Below, piece after piece: positions 33,022 to 39,357 of a DNA stretch of 64,000 nt (position 1 is its first letter; each line of letters begins with the position of its first letter). The notes under the pieces were generated by a model. That model saw nothing but the letters and a program-made list of their open reading frames with translations. It did no database searches and was not told the DNA's origin. Source of the stretch: an uncultured Candidatus Saccharibacteria bacterium (GTDB taxonomy: Bacteria; Patescibacteriota; Minisyncoccia; Minisyncoccales; UBA10102); assembly GCA_964359655.1 (NCBI GenBank), contig CAYHVI010000002.1, forward strand, positions 176 to 64,175. The letters are read 5' to 3'. Position numbers and translations under genes: made by a program.

Positions 33022-33183
33022 TTACGCTGCCTTCCTCTTTCGGAGGGCTTTACATTTGAATAATCTTTCGAGTTGATGGAGTCGTCTCTCGCAGGGACCG
33101 CAGGGTTTTCTGTATTTTCTTGGGCATCCCATCAATTTCTGTCCAAGATTGATTATCTCTATTTCTTGAATCGCAAACATCAT
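33022..33183 (-). CDS. Basic Cys-containing mini-protein (53 aa), below the ORF-track cutoff
   Basis: SD AAGGAGAGGGGG precedes the ATG. Translation: MMFAIQEIEIINLGQKLMGCPRKYRKPCGPCERRLHQLERLFKCKALRKRKAA. Terminator 32984-33011 follows. Confidence 0.5.
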   Translation of the reverse strand: MMFAIQEIEIINLGQKLMGCPRKYRKPCGPCERRLHQLERLFKCKALRKRKAA

Positions 33184-33229
33184 TGCCCCCTCTCCTTATC
33201 CGATTTATTGAACGAACCAAAACAAAAAT

Positions 33230-33244
33230 CCAGCCCGCGGCTGG
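33230..33244 (-). terminator. Leader hairpin plus U-tract inside the 5' leader of the 53-aa ORF
   Basis: CCAGCCgcgGGCTGG followed by ATTTTTGTTTTGG on the minus strand. Confidence 0.5.
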
Positions 33245-33277
33245 AGTGCTATTGCGAAATGCCTTATCGTATTTCTC

Positions 33278-33364
33278 TTATGCAAAAGTCGCAACAAAAA
33301 TCTCACAGCCGGAAGGGCCTTGGAGACATGCACAGCCACAGCATGAAGAAATAATATAAGACAT
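33278..33364 (-). CDS. Leaderless Cys-rich mini-ORF (28 aa), candidate leader peptide
   Basis: ATG lies 7 nt after TATACT (promoter TTGACA 33394-33399, 16-nt spacer). Translation: MSYIISSCCGCACLQGPSGCEIFVATFA. Confidence 0.45.
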   Translation of the reverse strand: MSYIISSCCGCACLQGPSGCEIFVATFA

Positions 33365-33402
33365 TACGATCAGTATACTCGTTCAGAATTGCTTGTCAAC
33401 CC

Positions 33403-33457
33403 CAGAAAAAAATTGGGTGGAACTTCTTTGATTCTTTGAATCATTGAGGTTCCACCC
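33403..33457 (-). terminator. Rho-independent terminator of the DAHP synthase gene
   Basis: GGGTGGAACC...GTTCCACCC followed by AATTTTTTT on the minus strand. Confidence 0.75.
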
Positions 33458-33466
33458 TTACGGAAG

Positions 33467-34486
33467 TTACGCTTTGCGGTTTATCACAGCCCTGATTGGC
33501 CTAACCTGATCCATCATATTCGCGAAGTTCTCGAAGGTCAGCGACTGCGCGCCGTCGCACTTGGCGACGTCAGGGTTGGGATGCACCTCGACGATGAGGC
33601 CGTCGGCCCCCACTGCCGTCCCAGCCATTGCCAGCGGCGTCACCAGATACCACTTGCCGGTGCCGTGGCTGGGGTCAACGACGACGGGCAGATGGCTCAG
33701 CTTGTGGATTACCGGGATGGCGTTGAGGTCCAGGGTGTTGCGGGTGTAGGTCTCGAAGGTGCGGATGCCCCGCTCGGTCAGGATGACCTGATGGTTCCCC
33801 TCCTTCATCACGTACTCGGCGGCCAGGAGCCAGTCCTCGTAGGTGGCCGCGAAGCCCCGCTTCACCATCACGGGCTTGTCGGTCTTGCCCACCTCGTCCA
33901 GCAGGGGGAAGTTCTGCATGTTGCGAGCGCCGACCTGGAGCACGTCGGCGTAGCGATAGACCATCTCCACGTCGTTGGGCGACATGACCTCGGTGATGAT
34001 GGGCAGGCCGGTCTCCTGGCGGGCCTCGGCCAGTATCTTCAGCCCGTCCTCGCCCATGCCTCGGAAGCTGTAGGGGGATGTCCGAGGCTTGTAGGCCCCG
34101 CCGCGCAGCACCTGAGCGCCGGCCGCCTTGACCGCCCTGGCCGTCGTCAGCACCTGCTCCTCGTTTTCTACGGCGCAGGGGCCGGCGAACACTGCAAAGT
34201 GGCCCCCGCCGATCTTCACGCCATTGTCGCTTATGGTAACGATGGTATCCTCGGCGGAGAACTCGCGGCTAGCCAGCTTGTAGGGCTTGGATACGCGGAA
34301 CACCTCGCTCACGCCGCGCATCAGTTGAAGCTCATCCTGAAGCTCTGGGTACACCTGCCCCAGGACGGCCACGACCCTGCGCTCCACGCCGACGTTGAGC
34401 TGTCCCCGAAGTCCTTTCTCGGTTAAATGCCTTTGAACCCGTTCAATGTCTCCATTGCTCGCTCCTCTACCCATTACGACGATCAT
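33467..34486 (-). CDS. 3-deoxy-7-phosphoheptulonate (DAHP) synthase, type I-beta with N-terminal ferredoxin/ACT-like regulatory domain
   Basis: 339 aa from the ATG after AGGAGG. Translation MIVVMGRG...[10 protein letters not shown]...GPCAVE...[19 protein letters not shown]...VDPSH is co-linear with the Thermotoga-type enzyme. The gene is visibly GC-rich. Confidence 0.92.
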   Translation of the reverse strand: MIVVMGRGASNGDIERVQRHLTEKGLRGQLNVGVERRVVAVLGQVYPELQDELQLMRGVSEVFRVSKPYKLASREFSAEDTIVTISDNGVKIGGGHFAVFAGPCAVENEEQVLTTARAVKAAGAQVLRGGAYKPRTSPYSFRGMGEDGLKILAEARQETGLPIITEVMSPNDVEMVYRYADVLQVGARNMQNFPLLDEVGKTDKPVMVKRGFAATYEDWLLAAEYVMKEGNHQVILTERGIRTFETYTRNTLDLNAIPVIHKLSHLPVVVDPSHGTGKWYLVTPLAMAGTAVGADGLIVEVHPNPDVAKCDGAQSLTFENFANMMDQVRPIRAVINRKA

Positions 34487-34585
34487 TCTCTTCCTCCTAA
34501 GTGCCACACTTCACTATCTGTAAAGCGCTAGAGATTATAAGTTTTTCTCTAGCGATGATTTTCAGAGACTAAAGACCATCGCTAA

Positions 34586-34623
34586 AGCTAAACGAAAACT
34601 CCGGCCGCTGTCGGCCGGAGTTT
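34586..34623 (-). terminator. Attenuator terminator in the DAHP synthase leader
   Basis: AAACTCCGGCCGacagCGGCCGGAGTTT followed by TCGTTT. Its left arm and loop (GCCGACAGCG) are complementary to CGCTGTCGGC inside the leader ORF (34674-34683). Confidence 0.7.
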
Positions 34624-34646
34624 AGTATCTTTAGAAAACTATGAGC

Positions 34647-34727
34647 TTATGCTCGTTTGGATACCAAAATCTTGCCGACAGCGTCGGTAAAGAAATAAAA
34701 GTATCCAAAGAATTGCTTCAAACCCAT
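34647..34727 (-). CDS. Phe/Tyr-rich leader peptide (26 aa)
   Basis: Own translation: MGLKQFFGYFYFFTDAVGKILVSKRA. Five Phe and two Tyr fall within 8 residues. The ATG lies 9 nt after the -10 box. Confidence 0.6.
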   Translation of the reverse strand: MGLKQFFGYFYFFTDAVGKILVSKRA

Positions 34728-34736
34728 ATTATGTAC

Positions 34737-34764
34737 AGTATACGCGATCAAGAGATGCTGTCAA
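34737..34764 (-). promoter_or_regulatory. Sigma70-type promoter of the DAHP synthase unit
   Basis: TTGACA, 16 nt, TATACT on the minus strand. Confidence 0.65.
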
Positions 34765-34858
34765 GACCAGAAGTGCTCGCACGGCAGAGATAGTTTCTCT
34801 TGCGAGAAACAGGAGAGAGTCTCGTACCGTGAGAGCGCTTCTAGTCCCGATGAAGAAA

Positions 34859-34887
34859 TTGACACCAGTCCTACACATTTCTATAAT
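34859..34887 (+). promoter_or_regulatory. Perfect-consensus divergent promoter
   Basis: TTGACA, 17 nt, TATAAT on the plus strand. The ATG at 34897 lies 9 nt after the -10 box. Confidence 0.65.
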
Positions 34888-34896
34888 GGAAGCATT

Positions 34897-35076
34897 ATGT
34901 GGATAATCAAGTGTGACATATGCAAGCGGCAAATTAAAGACGATTCCATAAAAGTGGGGCTTGGATTCTCGAAACGATTAGAGTTATGTCAAAAATGTGG
35001 GGCTCCGATTCTGCAATTTCTTAAAAAGAGCAAAGTTATAGAAGCTAAAGAGGAATCAAAACTCTATGGCATATGA
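34897..35076 (+). CDS. Zinc-ribbon mini-protein (59 aa), just below the ORF-track cutoff
   Basis: Own translation: MWIIKCDICKRQIKDDSIKVGLGFSKRLELCQKCGAPILQFLKKSKVIEAKEESKLYGI. Overlaps the next ORF by 11 nt. Confidence 0.5.
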   Translation: MWIIKCDICKRQIKDDSIKVGLGFSKRLELCQKCGAPILQFLKKSKVIEAKEESKLYGI

Positions 35077-35395
35077 TATCAAACAAATCATTGAGGAAAC
35101 CGCAAAGAAAACTGGGGAAGAAGTAAAACATCACATGGATGTGGTTGCTGAAGATTTGAAGGGGCAAATTCAGCAAGTTGCTGAAGGTGTTGTCGTTGCG
35201 AATGATCGGCTGGATCGTTTGGCAGAACTTCCTGATAAGGTTGATGCAATAAGAGATGATGTGGAGGTAATAAAGATTACTCTCGGGACCATTAAGAATG
35301 ATCTCAAGCAGAAGGTTGATCGCGATGAATTCGTTACTCTCGAAAAACGTGTAAGCATGCTCGAAGTAAGACTCAATCGCAGCACGCCCGCCTAA
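35066..35395 (+). CDS. Hypothetical coiled-coil protein, 109 aa
   Basis: Heptad-rich acidic sequence, translationally coupled to the 59-aa ORF. Confidence 0.5.
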   Translation: MAYDIKQIIEETAKKTGEEVKHHMDVVAEDLKGQIQQVAEGVVVANDRLDRLAELPDKVDAIRDDVEVIKITLGTIKNDLKQKVDRDEFVTLEKRVSMLEVRLNRSTPA

Positions 35396-35557
35396 TTTTT
35401 GAATTTTTCAAAGAACACTTCGACTCAATTCGTTCGCTTACTATAAACTCTCTCGAATCTCGTAAATCTACAACTCTGTTTGTTCTAAACTTGCGAGATT
35501 TTTGGAGCCTGGATGAAAATCTTGACTTCTGTTTCGATTAAGATAGGATATTCTTAT

Positions 35558-35851
35558 ATGGTAAAGAAAGTTCAAGCTAAGATTTTAAATTATCGGGTAA
35601 TCATTGAAAAGGAATATTATCCAGATGGCACTCCGGTATATACTGCTTTTGTTCCAACACTGGGAGTTGCTGATTATGGTCCAACCATTGATAAAGTGTT
35701 AAAGAGCTTGAAAGACGGTATTGAACTTGCAATTGAATGTCTCGTTGAAGAAAGAAAAGAAGTGCCCGTCGACAAAGTAGAGGAAACAATGGTTGTCCAT
35801 ACCCAGGTTTTGGCTCCAAAAAGCGCAAGGCTCGTATCTGCTTTAAAGTAA
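35558..35851 (+). CDS. hicB: HicB-like antitoxin (UPF0150 fold)
   Basis: MVKKVQAKILNYRVIIEKEYYPDGTPVYTAFVPTLGVADYGPTIDKVLKSLKDGIELAIE. Promoter is TTGACT, 16 nt, TAGGAT, with the ATG 8 nt after the -10 box. Confidence 0.7.
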   Translation: MVKKVQAKILNYRVIIEKEYYPDGTPVYTAFVPTLGVADYGPTIDKVLKSLKDGIELAIECLVEERKEVPVDKVEETMVVHTQVLAPKSARLVSALK

Positions 35852-35858
35852 AGCGTTA

Positions 35859-36080
35859 ATGAAATTTCCCTCGGACATTAAGCCAAAAGATGTCGTAAGA
35901 ACTTTGGAAAAGTTTGGTTTCCAAAGATATAAGAGCAAGGGTAGTCATCTTTATTTTCGACATCCGGACGGCAGGTGGACTCAAGTTGCAGTTCATCCAA
36001 AACCTATTCCCATGGGAACACTAAGGAAAATTCTTAATCAAGCGGAAATTGCACCTGAAGACTTCTTAAAACGCCTTTAG
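35859..36080 (+). CDS. hicA: HicA-family mRNA interferase toxin
   Basis: KPKDVVRTLEKFGFQRYKSKGSHLYFRHPDGRWTQVAVHPKPIPMGTLRKILNQAEI is a typical HicA/YcfA sequence. Confidence 0.8.
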   Translation: MKFPSDIKPKDVVRTLEKFGFQRYKSKGSHLYFRHPDGRWTQVAVHPKPIPMGTLRKILNQAEIAPEDFLKRL

Positions 36081-36089
36081 CTAACTTTT

Positions 36090-36335
36090 CTTTTTTCTCC
36101 TTCCGGACAATCAAGCCTCCCTTCACTTCGTTCAGGGTAAACTCTTAATCCCTGTTGCTGGAAGAACTCATTCGGCCAAAGAAATTTTATTTGAAGGTAC
36201 TTTGTTTTTCCTTTCACAGTGCACAACTTTCTGTTATGCACTCTGGTAGGATGGGCAAGGTTTGTTTGTAGGGAGTACTTTCGGTACTGTTCAAACCTCT
36301 CTTGCCCTAAAGGATATTCGGTTTTCCGGAGAGGC
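36090..36335 (-). repeat. Structured-leader family, copy A (diverged, no downstream ORF)
   Basis: Shares TTCTCCTTCCGGACAATCAAGCC, a CTCATTCGGCCAAAGAAATT-type segment, and a long outer stem GGGCAAG...CTTGCCC with copies B and C. Confidence 0.5.
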
Positions 36336-36709
36336 TAGTCTACAAAGGCCTCTACCGGCTCCTTTACCACGCCGTCCGTAGACGACGCGGTGTATACCTG
36401 TAGGTCCTCGTCCTCCTCGACGAGGTCACCTGCGGGTTCCTCCACTTCCTCGAAGTGGAAGTGGATGTTGACGACCGTGGTGGGGACGGGGATCGCGGGC
36501 CTATTGATCCAGGCCAGCACCACGGGGACCACTAGCGCCCCGAAGACGATGGCGGCCACTAGGCCTAGTCCCACTACCACCGTCCCGAGGGTGGCGATGG
36601 GCAGGACATCTTGCATGAGATCGGGGCTTAATCCCCGACTCATGAGCCCTATGAACACCGCGGCCATAGCGGCCGCAACAAAGATGATTAGTTTTCCTCG
36701 TGTGGACAT
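36335..36709 (-). CDS. Hypothetical GC-rich membrane protein with an acidic C-terminal tail, 124 aa
   Basis: SD GGAGGTGGA precedes the ATG. Translation starts MSTRGKLIIFVAAAMAAVFIGL..., with 2-3 TM segments and a tail EEVEEPAGDLVEEDEDLQ. Confidence 0.6.
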   Translation of the reverse strand: MSTRGKLIIFVAAAMAAVFIGLMSRGLSPDLMQDVLPIATLGTVVVGLGLVAAIVFGALVVPVVLAWINRPAIPVPTTVVNIHFHFEEVEEPAGDLVEEDEDLQVYTASSTDGVVKEPVEAFVD

Positions 36710-36721
36710 TTTGTCCACCTC

Positions 36722-36915
36722 CTGTCAAATTCCCTTCGGGATTTCTCCTTCCGGGTAGTCAAGCTCTTACAATTTTCGAGACTCTTTTGCCTGATTGCCC
36801 GAAAGGAATTTATTTCAATGTACTTTCCAACATTTCAGCCCTGCAAGAAGTCGAAGGGCTCAAGTATTGGGGCGAGTCGAGAATCATACATGATTTTCTC
36901 AACTCGCCCTCGCCA
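36722..36915 (-). repeat. Structured-leader family, copy B (5' leader of the 124-aa ORF)
   Basis: Minus-strand hairpins GGGCGAGUUG...CGACUCGCCC, GAGCCCU...AGGGCU and CCUUUCGGGCAAUCAG...CUUGACUACCCGGAAGG. Confidence 0.55.
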
Positions 36916-37191
36916 TCCTGCCGCGCTGGGTCAGGGCCTTGCTATTTCTCCCACACACGGTGTGTGGGTCTCATAGCAGCGAGCTGAACACTAATTCTCT
37001 TTGGATCTCTGTAATGAATCAATAAACTTGAAGATCAGATTAACTAATGTTCACTTCGTTGCTATGAATGTTTTGAAAAGAACTGTTTTAAACTCCCTGC
37101 CCCGTACTAATTTTGTTTTGCAAAATTTAGTACTGGGGTCTCGAATCTCGTAAATCGAGAACTTTTTTGTTCCAGACTTAAGATATTCTTG

Positions 37192-37234
37192 GAGCCTGGG
37201 GAAGGTAGCGCTTTCGCACTCCTTCCCCAGGCTC
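37192..37234 (-). terminator. 14-bp hairpin after the 110-aa ORF (no clear U-tract)
   Basis: GAGCCTGGGGAAGG...CCTTCCCCAGGCTC. Confidence 0.5.
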
Positions 37235-37239
37235 GCTTG

Positions 37240-37572
37240 TTAGGCGGAGGGTTCCGTCGTTGTTGCCTTTGCAGCGACTTCCTCCGTGGTGATGGTGATC
37301 TGCTCGCGGGCGTTCTCAAGCGCTCCCATGAGGGAAAGCAACCTGGCCGTCTCCACAGAAGCCATCTTGACCTCCACGATTTTAGGAGCGATTATATTTA
37401 TCTCTGCATCTTTCAATTGCGCGACGCAGAGAGTGATCGCTGTCAAATCTCGCGGGCTGAAGTTTTGCCTTTGTGTGGTGATCTGACCGGCACCGATATC
37501 CTTAAAACTCACCTTATATAGCCTTACTGTTGTACTGTTCTCTTCTTTTTGAAGGTCAACGATGAACTGCAT
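37240..37572 (-). CDS. Hypothetical 110-aa protein
   Basis: SD AGGAGG, 5 nt, ATG. Translation starts MQFIVDLQKEENSTTVRLYKVSFKDIGAGQITTQRQNF... Preferred over the antisense plus-strand ORF 37189..37521. Confidence 0.55.
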   Translation of the reverse strand: MQFIVDLQKEENSTTVRLYKVSFKDIGAGQITTQRQNFSPRDLTAITLCVAQLKDAEINIIAPKIVEVKMASVETARLLSLMGALENAREQITITTEEVAAKATTTEPSA

Positions 37573-37599
37573 TTTTTCCTCCTGGCGTCTTTGCGCCTA

Positions 37600-37800
37600 T
37601 AAAATGCCGGGCTAGGATTTCTCCTTCCGGACAATCAAACCTCCGCATAAGTCGAAGGACTGATTGCCCGAAAGGAATACTTGTCCTGAGCGTAGTCGAA
37701 GGATTTCAATGTACTTTCCAATATTTCAGCCCTGAACGAAGTCGAAGGGCTCAAGTATTGGGGCGAGTCGGTGATCCTAAGGATCTTCGCAACTCGTCCA
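37600..37800 (-). repeat. Structured-leader family, copy C (5' leader of the 110-aa ORF)
   Basis: Same three-hairpin layout as copy B. The distal part of hairpin 1 has a different sequence but still pairs (GAUCCUaAGGAUC versus AAUCAUguAUGAUU). Confidence 0.55.
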
Positions 37801-38127
37801 CGCTGGGGTTACTACATAGTAACCTCCTTTCTTCTCCTCGATTTCCTATAAGGAACCTAGAATACCAACATTATCCTGGATTCCTTCTTCAAGCTCACAA
37901 TGCGTGTTGCATTTTTTGCGTTCTTGAAGAAAGAATCCTTCACCCCTTATTTCATCTGCTTTATTATCTGTACCATGGTATTCTTAATGAAGTAGAATTG
38001 ATAACGTACTTTTCTCGATGCAATCTCTGAAATTCATGTCTTACTTTGAACTTCAGTGATTGGAGATCTCGGGTTGGCGTTGGCGCTCTGTTTTTAGATT
38101 TTGTTTTTGCCTTCCCGAGATCTCCTG

Positions 38128-38301
38128 CTACCGGCCTAGCGATGCCTTGAGCTTCGCTAAGCTCGGATCGCCGATGTCTATAATGTGCCCACACTGGGCA
38201 CATTCCCGGAACTCGCCGTAAATATCTCTGTTTTTTACCATGTCCCCTCGGCACCGGGGACATGCCTTGAAATTAACTTGGATGGAAGCCAGATGGAACA
38301 T
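38128..38301 (-). CDS. Zinc-ribbon mini-protein (57 aa), below the ORF-track cutoff
   Basis: SD GAGGAGG, 4 nt, ATG. Translation: MFHLASIQVNFKACPRCRGDMVKNRDIYGEFRECAQCGHIIDIGDPSLAKLKASLGR. Confidence 0.55.
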   Translation of the reverse strand: MFHLASIQVNFKACPRCRGDMVKNRDIYGEFRECAQCGHIIDIGDPSLAKLKASLGR

Positions 38302-38500
38302 GAGTCCTCCTCATTTTTTATTGAGCGCCCCGATGACCCTTACCCGTCATCGGGATGCTCACGGAGGTTTCTAGGTTCTTCTGTCCCTACGCCTTAGTCT
38401 ACATTTCATCTCTTGATCTTTTGTCTTTTAATCTAGACTTAGGTTTAGGGATGAGGGGTACGCGCAGATTTCTCCGTCGCGTCCCCTCGCCCTTTGGTCT

Positions 38501-38815
38501 TTACTTCCGTAAGACCTGTTCCTTCAATTCTGGATTGACGCTAACGTGCAGCCGCACGTCAGGTGGTCCAGAGTCCCCGAGTCTGGGGACAGAGGTGGAC
38601 TTTGTCACGTGTCCGAGAACCTGCCCCAACCTTGAAACCGTACAGAGAACTTCACCTGTTATGATTGCGTTCTGTACTATCATCGGCTCCACTGTTGACC
38701 ATGGAACCCTGAAGTCGGTTTCGGTTGTTGGGTGAATGGTTACACCCACTTTTCCCGCATCTTCGCGGAATGCTGCTTGAATCCCCTCAGGGAGACTATC
38801 GAAATAGAACGACAT
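38501..38815 (-). CDS. Hypothetical 104-aa protein
   Basis: SD AAGGAGGAAACG precedes the ATG. Translation starts MSFYFDSLPEGIQAAFREDAGKVGVTIHPTTETDF... Promoter TTGACA, 17 nt, TATACT at 39028-39056, with a ~205-nt leader. Confidence 0.55.
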   Translation of the reverse strand: MSFYFDSLPEGIQAAFREDAGKVGVTIHPTTETDFRVPWSTVEPMIVQNAIITGEVLCTVSRLGQVLGHVTKSTSVPRLGDSGPPDVRLHVSVNPELKEQVLRK

Positions 38816-39165
38816 CGTTTCCTCCTTCTTAAATATGCTTTCCCTTCTAATGACTTTGCTTGTCGTCAGAAGGCAGAGCACACTCATCTATAAGCACAAC
38901 AGCCCTCTTTGGGAGAGCTGTGTGGTTTAACGTACTTCTGTCTTAAATATAGATAGGCAAGTTTAGCTTTATTTTGGCCTCTCCCTGACCAATAAGCTTG
39001 TATATTCAATTTTCACTTTACTCTCATAGTATAGCATACTTCTAAAAAAATGTCAAGGGTTTTGTGGAGGGAACAAAAAACGCCCTATTTTGGCGGTTCT
39101 TATGTGGTTTGGTGTAGATTGATGGGGAGAGGAGAAGCGGTTCGCTCACTTCTCCTCTCCCTCTG

Positions 39166-39357
39166 TTAGACGACGCGGGTGATCTGCCCGGTTACCAGAT
39201 CTAAGGCGTATTGAGGAACCTTGTATCCCGGAGGAAGCTTGCCGCCAAAGCGGTAATTGGTCATGGCTCGAAGGACTCTGTCGGCCTGCGACGACAAGCC
39301 GAATCCTAGAAATCCACCTCTCGCTCGGTATCTCTTAGATGCAATGTCTCCGCGCAT
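39166..39357 (-). CDS. Hypothetical 63-aa protein
   Basis: SD GTGGAGA precedes the ATG. Translation: MRGDIASKRYRARGGFLGFGLSSQADRVLRAMTNYRFGGKLPPGYKVPQYALDLVTGQITRVV. Promoter TTGACA, 17 nt, TATCAT at 39456-39484. Terminator hairpin at 39125-39161. Confidence 0.5.
   Translation of the reverse strand: MRGDIASKRYRARGGFLGFGLSSQADRVLRAMTNYRFGGKLPPGYKVPQYALDLVTGQITRVV

Noticed and set aside
33301-33345. 13-codon frame MLWLCMSPRPFRL as a Trp-sensing leader next to the TrpR-like gene
   Set aside because: It has only one Trp codon and lies internal to the transcript. The overlapping leaderless 28-codon poly-Cys frame starting right at the TSS is the better candidate.
33581-34426. 281-aa plus-strand ORF rich in Gly/His/Leu/Val
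   Set aside because: It is an antisense shadow ORF of the GC-rich DAHP synthase gene, a typical high-GC artefact with no motifs.
37189-37521. 110-aa plus-strand ORF (MEPGEGSAFALL...) mirroring the minus-strand 110-aa ORF
   Set aside because: The minus-strand frame has an AGGAGG SD at ideal spacing, a structured leader and a downstream hairpin. The plus-strand frame starts at TTG inside a repeat and reads as low complexity.
37964-38263. 99-aa minus-strand track ORF (MSPVPRGHGKKQRYL...)
   Set aside because: It overlaps, in another frame, a 57-aa zinc-ribbon ORF that has a strong GAGGAGG SD. The 99-aa frame runs through a 12-bp inverted repeat and non-coding-looking sequence.
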